Below the pieces are notes generated by a model that was given only the letters and a program-made list of their open reading frames with translations, did not search any database and was not told the DNA's origin. 64,000 nucleotides of DNA from Hyaloraphidium curvatum SAG 235-1 (taxonomy: Eukaryota; Fungi; Monoblepharomycota). Positions 1-10,178 of this stretch are shown piece by piece. The translations under genes were made by a program, and so were the position numbers. How positions within the stretch are numbered: position 1 is the stretch's first letter; the number at the start of each line of letters is the position of its first letter. The stretch covers positions 310,001 through 374,000 of the forward strand of contig JAIVFI010000030.1 in the NCBI GenBank assembly GCA_025558095.1, written 5' to 3'.

Positions 1-794
1 GCCTCTCGGCCGAGGCGCGCTGCTCCGCGTACGCTTTCTGCGCGCGCACGGCGAGCAGGCGCCACTGCAGCAGGCGGATGTGGGCGAGGTAGACCTGCTC
101 GTCCGAGACGGGGGGGAGGGGGGCGCGCGGGCGCGCGGAGGCGGGGGCGGGGAGGGAGGCGGGCGGGGCGGGGGACGGGGAGGCGGAGGTGAGGGCGGGT
201 TCGGGGGAGCAGGGGGCAGTGCCTGCCGCCGAGGAGGGGAGCAGGAGGGATCTGCCGGCGGACGGTCTGCCGGAGATGGCAGCATGCCGCGACCAGGAGG
301 CAGACGAGGGTCCGGTGGCGGGTCCGGCGGTGGGGCCGGCGGAGGGTCCGGGGCGCGGGGCCACAGGCCTCTCTGGCGGCCGCGTGGACGGCAGCGGCCT
401 CGGCACCACGCCCGACTTTGCGGCCACCGCCGGCCTGGCCCCACGTCCGGCGTCCGCGTGCGCGCGCCCCGGCTGCGGCGGCCGCGGTGCGGGCAGCGCG
501 GATCTGTTTGCCGGGTCGGGTGCGCTTGCGAGCGGCTTCGCGTTCGGCCGCTTCGGCGGGCTGAGCGAGCGCTTCCCGGGCGGCGCGGCGGCCTTCTGCG
601 GGGCGGCCTTCTGCGGGGCGGCGAGGTAGCGCGAGGCCACGTAGCGGACTGCCGAGAGGTGAGCGGGCGGGAGCGGGGGAGCGCGGGCGCGGGGGAGCGC
701 ACCCACCCTTCGGCGCGCCCGGCTGCCCCGACTCCGACTCGGCGGGGCTCGCGCGGCCCGATGGCGGCGACGCCGTGCGGCCCTCGGCGCTCAT
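1..794 (-). CDS. HAUS8: HAUS8/augmin subunit 8 (QWRF-like) protein, 3' end beyond window start
   Basis: Absent from the ORF track. ATG at 794 and a GT-AG intron at 649-706 give VRYVASRYL (the N-terminal 'SRY' motif of HAUS8/QWRF), then a Pro/Ala/Lys-rich linker, then HIRLLQWRLLAVRA (LQWRF-like motif). Confidence 0.65.
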   Translation of the reverse strand, partial: MSAEGRTASPPSGRASPAESESGQPGAPKGGCAPPRPRSPAPARSPLGSPLRGLALPRRPAEGRPAEGRRAAREALAQPAEAAEREAARKRTRPGKQIRAARTAAAAAGARARGRRTWGQAGGGRKVGRGAEAAAVHAAAREACGPAPRTLRRPHRRTRHRTLVCLLVAACCHLRQTVRRQIPPAPLLGGRHCPLLPRTRPHLRLPVPRPARLPPRPRLRAPARPPPPRLGRAGLPRPHPPAAVAPARRARAESVRGAARLGRE

Positions 795-892
795 CGCGAG
801 GGGCTGCAATTCGGGGCAGCCGACCTCGATCAGACCTCGATCACCAGTCGCCCGCTCTCCCGGCTCGGGGTCCTGCGGGCCCGCGGCGGCCG

Positions 893-1879
893 ATGTCTTT
901 CGGAGCACGCGGGCTTTCTTGCTTGGTTGTGCTGCAGCTGCTCGTCGGCCTCGCGTTCCTCGTCCGCTCTCCGGGCGGCACACAGCCCGGCGTCCCCCGG
1001 CCCGCCCTCCCCGCCATCGCGCCGGCACCCGATGCGCAAACCCCGGCGGACGCGTTCGAGCCGTTCCATGCCGCCTCACCCCCGGGCCCCGTGCCCCCCG
1101 GCTCCCGCCTGCGCGTCGCCGCCCTCGCCATATTCAAGGACGAGGCGCACGCCATGGAGGAATGGATTTCGCACCACCTCCTCCTGGAGGGCTTCGACGC
1201 CCTCGTCCTGCTCGACAACGGCTCCACGGACCGCTCGGCCGCCGTCGCAAACGCGACCGCCGCCGCCCTCAACCGCACCTCGGACGTGCACGTGCTCAAC
1301 GCCGCCGCGCGGAGCCGCCAGTCGGTGCACTACAACGCCGCCATGCCCCTGCTCCGTTCCCTCGCCGACGTCGCCCTCGTCGCGGACCTGGACGAGTTCC
1401 TGTACTCGGCAGACGGCACGACCGCCGCGGACCACCTCCGCGCCGCATTTTCCCAACCCGTCGCCCAGATCACCCTCCCCATGCTCCGCTTCGGCTCCTC
1501 GGGCCACGCGAAGCAGCCACCCTCGATCCGCAAGGGCTTCGTCCACCGCCGGCGGGAGCACCCCGCCGAGGACGCCCTCTTCGGCAGCCGCAAATCCGCC
1601 GTGCGCCTCGCGTCGACCCTCCTCTTCGTGGTGCACGTGCACCAGGTCTTCGGCGAGACGGTGGCGTGGGACGCCGGCGGGCCGGTGAGGCTGAACCACT
1701 ACCGCATACAGAGCAGGGAGTTTTTCGGGACGGTCAAAATGGGGCGGGGGGACGTGGCGGGCTTGGACAGGACGGCGGGGAGGGATTGGGGTTACTTCGA
1801 GAGGGAGGACTACAGGGACGTCGTGGACACGGGGCTCAAGGACAAGGTGGAGGCGTGGGAGAGGCGGGGCGGCCGATAG
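893..1879 (+). CDS. Glycosyltransferase family 92 / GT2-like type II membrane protein
   Basis: N-terminal TM anchor; AIFKDEAHAMEEWISHH, LLDNGSTD, DLDEF (DxD) and LNHYRIQSRE motifs; intronless. The upstream part of the 599-aa ORF is the antisense of HAUS8. Confidence 0.8.
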   Translation: MSFGARGLSCLVVLQLLVGLAFLVRSPGGTQPGVPRPALPAIAPAPDAQTPADAFEPFHAASPPGPVPPGSRLRVAALAIFKDEAHAMEEWISHHLLLEGFDALVLLDNGSTDRSAAVANATAAALNRTSDVHVLNAAARSRQSVHYNAAMPLLRSLADVALVADLDEFLYSADGTTAADHLRAAFSQPVAQITLPMLRFGSSGHAKQPPSIRKGFVHRRREHPAEDALFGSRKSAVRLASTLLFVVHVHQVFGETVAWDAGGPVRLNHYRIQSREFFGTVKMGRGDVAGLDRTAGRDWGYFEREDYRDVVDTGLKDKVEAWERRGGR

Positions 1880-2023
1880 CGCTGTTCGTCGGCGCTATGG
1901 AGAGAGGACGCAATCGGTGACGCGATCAGCATCTGCACCACTCTCCCTTCGCTGTCCCGCACTCTAAAGGGCCGTTCGAGCCCAATTCCCCGTACATCCT
2001 TGCCCCGCACTCGCGATCTCGGG

Positions 2024-2635
2024 ATGCCGGCCTCCGACCCGGTCTCCCTGCCGTTCCTCCCCTCCTCCGCGTCGTGGCACCCGTCGCCGCCCGCGTCGTT
2101 CCGCGCCCTCCCCGACGGCTTCTCCGCGACCGCGCCGCCGTCGACGGACCTCTTCCGCTCCCCGCTGGGCAAGCCGGAAAGCAGCAGCGCGCCGCGGCTG
2201 CTGTTCCCCGCGCCCGAAGGCGACTGGACGCTCGCGGCGGACGTCGACGTCGCCTTCCGGGGCGACTTTGACGCCGGCTGCCTCGTCCTGTTCCGTGGCG
2301 ACAGCTACGCCAAGCTCTGCGTGGAGCGGTCTCCCGCCGGCGAGGCCACGCTGGTCTCCGTCGTCACGAATGCGGTCAGCGACGACGCGACGGCGTTCGT
2401 CGTCCCGCGCTCGGCGGCGCGGCTGCGGGTCGCGCGCGTGGGGCCGGGGTTCGCGTTCCACGTGTTGGGGGAGGACAAGAGGTGGATCTTTCTGAGGCAG
2501 TTTGCCCTGCAGGGGGAGGGGCAGCTGCAGGCCGGCTTCCTGGTCCAGAGCCCAAAGGGGCCGTCGTGCGAAGTCGTGTTTCGCGGCGTTTCCTTCTCCA
2601 TGGAAACGCTCAAAGACATGCGGTCGGGCGTCTAG
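2024..2635 (+). CDS. DUF1349 / Ree1-like concanavalin-fold protein
   Basis: TDLF, FDAGCL, AKLCVE, SVVTNAVSDD and AGFLVQSPKG motifs typical of DUF1349. Confidence 0.85.
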   Translation: MPASDPVSLPFLPSSASWHPSPPASFRALPDGFSATAPPSTDLFRSPLGKPESSSAPRLLFPAPEGDWTLAADVDVAFRGDFDAGCLVLFRGDSYAKLCVERSPAGEATLVSVVTNAVSDDATAFVVPRSAARLRVARVGPGFAFHVLGEDKRWIFLRQFALQGEGQLQAGFLVQSPKGPSCEVVFRGVSFSMETLKDMRSGV

Positions 2636-3723
2636 CTCCACGCTGCCCGCCCGGACGCCATCTTGGCGAGCCAGCGCCGGCTGCAGTGCACCCTCACCTC
2701 CCCGCACGCTTCCTCCCCCTCGCCGAGGCCATGGCCCGCCCAGGGGTGTTGTTCCGCCCGGCGCGCGACCTCGTGCGCGATACCCATATCCGATAGCGCC
2801 CGCACGAGGCCCGACGCGGTGCCGCAGGATCGCCGGACCTTGGATGATCCCCACAGGTCGGCCAGCACGAGCGGGAGGCAGTCGTTCCCCAGCGGGCAGC
2901 CGCACGGAGCTTCCAGCGCCGAAAACGCCGCCATGCGCGCGAGAAGCCACCGCCTGGGATCGCGATCGCGGCCGCGGAGCGGCGGCAGCACCGGGAACTC
3001 GTGCGCGGCGGAGGGAGGCGGCCGCCGGAGCTCGGGTGGGGAGCGGGGCGGTGCCGGGCGGGGGAGCCAGAAGACGGCGGCCTGGGTGGCGGGCCCCACG
3101 CCCGGATCCCGGCCGGGGAGCGAACCGACCCCCGTGAGGGCGAAGCTGTAGCCGAACTCCCCCGCGATCGACCGCGCGAAAGACGCAAACTCTGCCCTGG
3201 TCCACTCGAACCTGTGGTCGTCGTGGCGCGTTTCTCCCGGGGCGAGCCCGAGCAGGTGGTTGAACTCGGCGTTGGGCGTCGTGACCACGGCGATCCGCGG
3301 CCTCCACCGTCCGAGCACCGTCTCCCCGACGCGATTCAGAGGCGCGGGGTCGAGGTGCTCGATCACCTCGACCAGCGTCGCGGCGTCGTACCCGCTGCAT
3401 TGCACCTCGTCCATCGGCGCGCGGACGAGGTCCACGCGGAGGGAGCGGTCCCGCGGTGCGTCGTCCTTGGACGGCCTGAGGCGCGCCGCCGAGGCGCCGA
3501 TTGCCGCGGCGCTGGGATCGATCCCCAGCAGCCTGCCCACGGATCCGTCGTTCGTGAGAAGATCTAAGAGCTCGCCGTCTCCGCACCCGGCGTCCATCGC
3601 GGATTCGACGCCGCCGTAGGAGCGGAGGGCGGAAAGGACGAGGGCGTGCCTCTGGCGGAACAGCGGCGGGAAGAAGGGCGTTGCGGGAGAGGGGTCCGGC
3701 GGAGTCGATGCGGGAAGAGCCAT
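2632..3723 (-). CDS. HEN1: Small RNA 3'-terminal 2'-O-methyltransferase HEN1
   Basis: FFPPLFRQR (FxPP), DAGCGDG (SAM binding), VEVIEHL, TTPNAEFN, RHDDHRFEWTRAEF and TQAAVF: the full HEN1 motif set. Start taken at MALPAST (3723). Confidence 0.92.
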   Translation of the reverse strand: MALPASTPPDPSPATPFFPPLFRQRHALVLSALRSYGGVESAMDAGCGDGELLDLLTNDGSVGRLLGIDPSAAAIGASAARLRPSKDDAPRDRSLRVDLVRAPMDEVQCSGYDAATLVEVIEHLDPAPLNRVGETVLGRWRPRIAVVTTPNAEFNHLLGLAPGETRHDDHRFEWTRAEFASFARSIAGEFGYSFALTGVGSLPGRDPGVGPATQAAVFWLPRPAPPRSPPELRRPPPSAAHEFPVLPPLRGRDRDPRRWLLARMAAFSALEAPCGCPLGNDCLPLVLADLWGSSKVRRSCGTASGLVRALSDMGIAHEVARRAEQHPWAGHGLGEGEEACGEVRVHCSRRWLAKMASGRAAWS

Positions 3724-3925
3724 CTCCGGGGATTCTCTGGTTTTAGCGACCACCCCGCGGGAAGCCGAAGCCAGAGAGTGAGTGAGGTGTCGTCTCCAGA
3801 ACTCCTCCGCGGCAGAACCCCTGCCTCCGTCTTTCTCCCACACCGAACTGGCGGCCGCGGGCATCTCCGAGCCGACATCGTCTGCAGAACACCCTGCTGA
3901 TACCGCAGAAAGCGCTCCTCCGGCG

Positions 3926-5620
3926 ATGGAAGGCTCGCAGCTGACTCCCGAGGCTCCGGCACGGACCGCAGCAGATGTTGGAGCCGGATCCCCGACCACA
4001 CCTGCACCCCCGGAGACCGATCTGGAACCCGTTGCTGCCATTGCAAATGGGACTCCTGCTCCCGTTGGACCCATTCCGGACCGGGATTCAGCACCTGCTG
4101 CCCCTGTGGACTCTCCCGCAAAATCTGCCGCCCTCGTTGTCTCTGCCGCGGACCTTGCCAACCCCCCTGCAGCAAGCAGTGCCACCGTTGCTGCTCCTCC
4201 TGCCAACAAGTCTGCGGTGGCAGAGGAAGCTGCCGCGGCGCACCTCTTCTCCCCCGCCCACAAGCGCCTGATCGTCTTCGTCGTCGCCTTTGCCGGTTTC
4301 CTGGGACCCATTGCGACAGCTTTCTACTATCCTTCCATGCCTCAGATTGCCGAGGATCTGGGCACGACGCAGGCTCTGCTGAATTTGACCGTCACGGTCT
4401 TCACGCTCGGTTTGGCCTTCTTTCCCCTCTTTTGGGCTAGCATGAGCGATGTCTGGGGCCGCCGCTGGATCTACATCTCCTCGCTGATCATCTTTTCGCT
4501 TGGGAGCGTGGGATGCGGACTTTCGCCGAACATTGGCGTGTTGATCGCCATGAGGGTCGTGCAAAGCTGTGGAGGGTCTGCGCTGCTCACTATCGGAGCC
4601 GGAACGATTTCCGACATCTTTGTTCGCGAGGAGCGAGGCAGGGCTCTTGGTATCTACTATACTGGGCCCTTACTTGGTCCTGCAATCTCCGCCCCGTTGG
4701 GAGGTGTCGTAGCACAGTACATTGGTTGGAGGGCGATCTTCTACATTGCTGCGGGGCTCGCGGCACTCATGTTGGGCGTGATCGCCATCGTTCTTCCAGA
4801 GACGCGGAAGCCGAAGCCGGGTGCCAAGCGCCGGCCGAACCCGTTCGCTGCTATGGTGTACCTGAAGCACCCCTTCATCTCTCTCGTGACTGTCAACGTG
4901 AGCGTCGTCTTCGGCACGACCTTCGCCATCGCCCCAGAGATTCCCTTCCTCTACTCGCGCTACTACAACACAAGTGATTTGCAGAACGGTCTCATATACC
5001 TCGGCACTTCGGCCGGACAGCTCGTCGGCACTGTGCTCGGCGGCTACCTTGCCGACCGGAACGTGCGAAGATGGAAAGAGAAGCGAGGCACCGTCATGGC
5101 CGAGGATCGTTTGCGGAGCGCTTGGCTCGGGAGCGTGTTCATGCCGATCGGCCTGCTAATCTTTGGCTGGACGATCCAGAACCAGGTCTACATCGCTGTG
5201 CCGATCATCTCACAGTGCTTTATCGGCTACGCCATGATGAGCATCTCAACGCCCTCTAACACTTTTTTCACCGACGCTATCTACTGGTCTCCGGCATCAG
5301 CGCTATCAGTCAACAACATGGTGAGGTACATCATCGGAGCCGTGTCGCCACTGTACACTCCCCCGGCCATCAAGGCCATCGGACCCGGCTGGTACTACAC
5401 GATCTGGGCGGTCGCCAACCTATTCGCGGGCCTCGCTATCGCCTGGGTCGTGCGGTACGGCGGGGCCAAGCGGCTGGCAGCCGAGCCGTGGAAGACTCTG
5501 GAGAGGGAAAAGGCGGAGAAGGATGCGCTCGAGAAGGTGGTCAAGGAGGGCGACGACGACGTGGTTGTCGAAGTTTCGAGGCCGGAAACGGCTCAGGCCG
5601 ATGCGGGACGTCAGGCTTGA
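3926..5620 (+). CDS. MFS transporter, DHA1 (drug/polyamine:H+ antiporter) family
   Basis: About 12 TM segments; SDVWGRR, GAGTISDIF..EERG, GWRAIF, LPET and EDRL motifs. Confidence 0.9.
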   Translation: MEGSQLTPEAPARTAADVGAGSPTTPAPPETDLEPVAAIANGTPAPVGPIPDRDSAPAAPVDSPAKSAALVVSAADLANPPAASSATVAAPPANKSAVAEEAAAAHLFSPAHKRLIVFVVAFAGFLGPIATAFYYPSMPQIAEDLGTTQALLNLTVTVFTLGLAFFPLFWASMSDVWGRRWIYISSLIIFSLGSVGCGLSPNIGVLIAMRVVQSCGGSALLTIGAGTISDIFVREERGRALGIYYTGPLLGPAISAPLGGVVAQYIGWRAIFYIAAGLAALMLGVIAIVLPETRKPKPGAKRRPNPFAAMVYLKHPFISLVTVNVSVVFGTTFAIAPEIPFLYSRYYNTSDLQNGLIYLGTSAGQLVGTVLGGYLADRNVRRWKEKRGTVMAEDRLRSAWLGSVFMPIGLLIFGWTIQNQVYIAVPIISQCFIGYAMMSISTPSNTFFTDAIYWSPASALSVNNMVRYIIGAVSPLYTPPAIKAIGPGWYYTIWAVANLFAGLAIAWVVRYGGAKRLAAEPWKTLEREKAEKDALEKVVKEGDDDVVVEVSRPETAQADAGRQA

Positions 5621-5869
5621 TAGAGGCGCTGGAGCACATCGTCATGGGCAATGTACTGATGCCCAGGGGAAGAAACTAGATAGATCTTGGTCACCCAATC
5701 ATGTTCGCACTGACGGATACAACAGATTGTGCACCGCGCGTCTATTCTGCAGCCCGAGGCGGTAGATGGGAATAAAGACGTTGTACAAGTTGGAATGGTA
5801 AGATTGCGCATGTCCATCTCGCCGACTTCGAAGTCTAAGAGACATAGTAGCACTCGTCTAGGCACTTCT

Positions 5870-7674
5870 TCATGCCGCGACCCGGAAGTTCTATAGGGCA
5901 AGCGACGATGAGAGAAGCAAACACAGGCCAGCATTCAGCACACCATGAACTGCCACGGGTCATCCCGGTCCAGATCTTCGGGGAACAGTTTGCCCCTGTC
6001 CTTAAGAGGCGTCCAGTCCGACGCCGCGCCGACCAGCTTGCCGAGGTACGGGGCGCAGACCTCGAGCACCCGCTCGCCGTCCATCTCGTCGGGCTCCACG
6101 AGGCCCCTGTTCGGATTCTCTGCATGACAGCACGTTCAGATCAGTAGCAAGCTGCTGCACCGAAAAGACCCACCGATCGCCCAGACGACGCCACCCAGCA
6201 CGCCCGCCGCGACCTGCAGGCTCGTCGCGTTGTTACCCGGGGCCACGGCCGCCGCCTCGCCGCATTCGAGCACGCTGCCGTACCACAGGACCCCGCCGTC
6301 CGCACACAGTAGCACCCCGAGCTCGTCGATGCCTCCCGGATGCAGATCGCCCACCACTACCCTCTTGGCCTCGGGCTCGGCGAGGTTCCGCCCCAGCAGC
6401 TCGTGCAGCGAGGCCAGCGCGGCGTCGCAGGGGTGGTACGCGTACATCACTGTGGGCCTGTAGCCTTCCGGCAGCTCGGGCGAGGGAGGCAGCGTCAGGT
6501 ACGCCGGGATCGAGACCGATTCGCCGTGCGTGATCAGCAAGCCGATGTACGGTCCCCACAGCGGCGTCCAGGAGCGCACGCCGACGGAGCAGCCGGGGCG
6601 GGCGAGGTAGATCGCGTGGCCGGGGCCGGTGGGGTGGGTGCGGCCGTCGGGAGGGAGGGAGGTTTCGTGGGTGCCCCAGCCGAGCTCGGACGGCTGCGAG
6701 GCTTCGCCGAGGAATCCGTCGACGGACCAGTCGTTCACGAACTCGAGCGGGCGCTTGGGGACCAGAGGTGCCTGGCATAACAAGGCATAGTGAATTTGGA
6801 GGGCTGGCCCCCTAGGTGCGCAAGATCATACCTGGGTGTCGCGCTCGGCAATCTGGATCACCTTGACGCCGAGCTTCCGAGCCAGTTCCGTCCAGACCAA
6901 GCGATCAACCGGCGCCGGCATCTCCGCGTCCATTCCCTTGCGGGCCGCGAGCTGCACCAGGGCCCGCTTGGCAAAGTGGCTCACGAGTCCCGGGTTGGCG
7001 CCGTGGGTGACGACTGCGGTGGCCCAGCCCCCTTCGGGCACCTCCTCGTCGCGCAAGGCGAGCATCCGCTCCCTGAACGAGTAGTTGGACCTCTCTTCGG
7101 GCCCGACGGAAGCGTCCGTGAAGCCGCCCTCCCACGGCTCGATCGAGGTGTCGAGGTACAACCAGCCCCGCTTCCGGGCAAGCCTGACGAGGTCGACCGA
7201 CGAGACATTGACCGACAAGTTGAGTAGAAAGTCACCACGGTTCGGGAGCAGGGCATCCAGGACCGCGACGTAGTTGGACTCGTCCAGCGGCGCGACCATG
7301 TGCCGTACGCCGAGCCTCTTGGCCAGGGGTTCGCCAGCGTCGTCCGCGGCAAGCACGGTCAGCTGCGCCGGGTCCATCCCCACGTGCCGCAGGAGCATCG
7401 GCAGCACACCCTGGCCGATGCAGCCGCACCCTAGCACCACCATTCGGGCGGCAGGATCCAGGCGCGCGTGCATGGTTGCCGGCAAGGGCGAGATGACGGT
7501 GGAGGCATCCGTGGAGGCCGAATGGGCCGATGCCGGCGAGGCGGGACGCAGGGCGGCGGCCGAGGGCAGCACATGGGTCGGCGGATGATTTGCTTCGTCG
7601 CCTTCGTCGCCGGCGTCCCCGGCGACCGGGGCCGTGGGCGCGCCCTGCTGCGCGGTGCCGTGCGAAGCGCCCAT
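5870..7674 (-). CDS. hss: Bacterial-type homospermidine synthase (3 introns: 6772-6831, 6120-6173, 5891-5943)
   Basis: LGCGCIGQG, YLDTSIEPW, HGANPGLVSHF, IAERDTQ, NDWSVDGF..E..QPSELGWGTHE, LITHGES, YRPTVMYAYHPC, GIDELGVL, NATSLQV; spliced C-terminus DPWQFMNFRVAA*. The start could be 7473. Confidence 0.92.
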
Positions 7675-8331
7675 GCTGATCTGCGGCCGGCAACGGCGGC
7701 GGCGGAGTGTTTCGGAGTGGGGAACCCGCCTCCGAGGGTCCGAGCGGGCGTCGAAACGCGGCTGGCCGGGTCAGCTGACGGCGCGGCCGGGGGCCGGAAG
7801 GCGTGGCGCGGCGGGCTCCACGGCCGGCGGAGCGACCGCAGGCGCACGCAACACACTGCGCGAGTGCCGCGGAGCGCCGAGACGGACCGCGGAGGCGGTG
7901 GAAGGCCCGGACGCAGCGAGATGCCTTCCGGATTCGGAGAGTCAACGCTGGCGTGGCGGTGCGGATGCGGTGCTCGGTCAAGGATCATCACTTCCGTCGA
8001 GCCCCCAGCAAGGCGATTCAGAACACGCGTCGGCGCGAGAAGGGTTAGGATGGAGCTTCATTGTTCCATTGGCGGTGCACTGCCGCGTCCCCTGTGCTCC
8101 AGCACGAACGACGGCAATTCCTGGGATCCGGGTCGCACCTGGTGGCGCATCCATGATGCATCTACGTCAATCGAAGACGCAATTGGCGTGCTTCATGTCC
8201 AGGTCTATCGAAGCTATCGTCCCCGTGCTCCATTCAGAGCCGTCATGGCCTTACTTCCTTGGTCGATTACCTTGCCACACTCACCGCGCATCGGCACCTC
8301 TGATCCCGGTTGCCGGCACCACAGAGCCGCG

Positions 8332-9111
8332 ATGGAGACTACTATGATTCAGACCTACGCGGCGGCATCGTGGTTCTCCCTCTTCAAGAACTTTGGTTTG
8401 AACCCGTCCCCCACGACCTACCGACCGCTCTTCGCCCCGGACGGCTCCGTCGAGGACGCAGGCGCGGCTCCCGTGCCTGCCGAACGCACGGGCGAAGCCA
8501 TCGCGCTCGTGCTCAAGCTGATACCGGACCTGAAGATCGACATGCGGCGGCACCGCGTCCGGGGAGACACCGTGTTTGTCGACGCGCACAACATGGGGAC
8601 AGTCCGAGGAACCGAGGTGGAATGGCCGGCCGTCTACCGGGTCCGGCTCAAGAACATGTTCGTGCACCGTGGGAGAAGGTTTTACGATCAAGCCGCCATC
8701 TTTCGTGCTTTGGCGCCGGACATGCCCACCTTACCAGCGCTTCCGGCTGGCTCCGAGGGACCGGCACCCAGCTACGGAACTGTCGTGACCGGACTGCCTG
8801 ACGATTTCGACGTATCTTTTGCCGAAGACTGCGTGGTCGAAGTCGCGGACCAGGCCACTCCAATCGCGCCCGCGCAGCTCCCTCACCACCTGGCCGGCGC
8901 CCCGTTCGAGGCCGTCGATTGGGCCAGGGACGAGCGCTTTGCCTTCGTCGAGTGGAAGCGCGGGGACATCCTGGGCGTGGATCGGCTGGAGATCCGTGAC
9001 GGCAAGGTGACTTCCTTCAGGAGGCTCTTTGACACGCTCGGAATGGTCGCCGAGATGGATCCCAAAATGCTGGAGCTGAGGAAGCAGTTCCTTTCCAACG
9101 AGGCGAACTGA
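8332..9111 (+). CDS. Tandem SnoaL/NTF2-like domain protein
   Basis: Two NTF2-like repeats (LFAPDGSVED...RRFYD; FAEDCVVE...FVEW...GVDRLEIRDGKV...FD). Confidence 0.7.
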   Translation: METTMIQTYAAASWFSLFKNFGLNPSPTTYRPLFAPDGSVEDAGAAPVPAERTGEAIALVLKLIPDLKIDMRRHRVRGDTVFVDAHNMGTVRGTEVEWPAVYRVRLKNMFVHRGRRFYDQAAIFRALAPDMPTLPALPAGSEGPAPSYGTVVTGLPDDFDVSFAEDCVVEVADQATPIAPAQLPHHLAGAPFEAVDWARDERFAFVEWKRGDILGVDRLEIRDGKVTSFRRLFDTLGMVAEMDPKMLELRKQFLSNEAN

Positions 9112-9582
9112 ACTGAATCTCTAGTATGCTTTTCGTGCAAGTACAAGAGTGTGGGCCTTCAGCCCCGTGAAAGGAGGGGGGAGGACCCGGTGAGGCAGTT
9201 CCTTCCATGTCCCGTGATCTCGGCCGCGGGAGCATAGATCTGCTCTTGAGGAAAGAGCTAGACGTAGTTGGTCTCAAGTGGAAGAAGGATGATCCTCGGC
9301 GGGTATGCAATCCAAGATGGTCTATTGTCCACACTTCCGTCTCGTCCCCCCGGGGGGAGTCGGAGTTCCACCTCTTCAGGCCGGTCAGGCCGGCTATCTC
9401 CTTTTGATCTTCTTCCAGCTCTAGTTTGGGCCTGTAGGCAATCGTCTTGACGACTGGAAGGGCGTCCTCGCCTTCTTCGTGTGGTCGACCCTCGTCCTGT
9501 GCTACTGTACCTCGGCGCCCTGTCTCCCTTGTTTGCCACCGCTTCCACCCGAGCATTCAACGGACATTTCAAGCGCGCAGCA

Positions 9583-10035
9583 ATGGCGTTCGTTCGCTTT
9601 GGCCACCCCGATTTTCTCTCCGCCTTTGGCGCCGCGTGGTCCTCGGGCGAGTCCGGCGCACTCCTCGCGTTCTTCACCCCAGACGCCGAGTACGTCGAGT
9701 CCGCCTACGAGACGCGCTACCACGGCCCTGCCAACATCGCAAAGTTCCAAAAGTTCATGCACGCGTTCACCTCCGAGACTCGCATCGTTTTCCTGAACTG
9801 CAACGGGACGCGGGACGGGTTCGCGATGGAGTGGGTGTGGTCTGGCGTTTCAACGGGGCCGATGGCCGTTGGCGGACGGGTGTACCCGCCGACGGGGAAG
9901 CCGTTCAAGGTTTCCGGCGTGGCGGTCTGCAAGGCTGCGGAGGATGGGAGGTTGACGTACCAGCGGGACTATTACGACGTGGCGACCGTGCTGCGGCAGA
10001 TCGGGGCGATCGAGGCGCCGCCTGCAAAGCTGTGA
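9583..10035 (+). CDS. SnoaL-like / ester cyclase family protein
   Basis: AW...LLAFFTPDAEY, EWVWSG, PPTGKPFKVSGV, GRLTYQRDYYD. Confidence 0.85.
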   Translation: MAFVRFGHPDFLSAFGAAWSSGESGALLAFFTPDAEYVESAYETRYHGPANIAKFQKFMHAFTSETRIVFLNCNGTRDGFAMEWVWSGVSTGPMAVGGRVYPPTGKPFKVSGVAVCKAAEDGRLTYQRDYYDVATVLRQIGAIEAPPAKL

Positions 10036-10178
10036 GAGAACTTAGTACGGCACTGCTACATGTAGAGAGCAATCGGATCATCTACGTTGGCTCTGGAACC
10101 GCCTCAGTCGCCGCTCTTCGCCCTGCCGGCCCTGCCGCCCGAATGCCTCGAGTCTTCGGTGCGGTTCATGCCGGCGAA

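Noticed and set aside
80-892. Gly/Arg-rich N-terminal half of the 599-aa ORF
   Set aside because: Antisense shadow of the HAUS8-like gene; the glycosyltransferase starts at 893.
1964-3586. Long Arg/Pro-rich ORFs such as 1964-3586(-), 19438-20988(-), 44561-45922(-) and 30419-31858(+)
   Set aside because: Off-frame or antisense shadows caused by high GC3; the real genes with family motifs lie in other frames.
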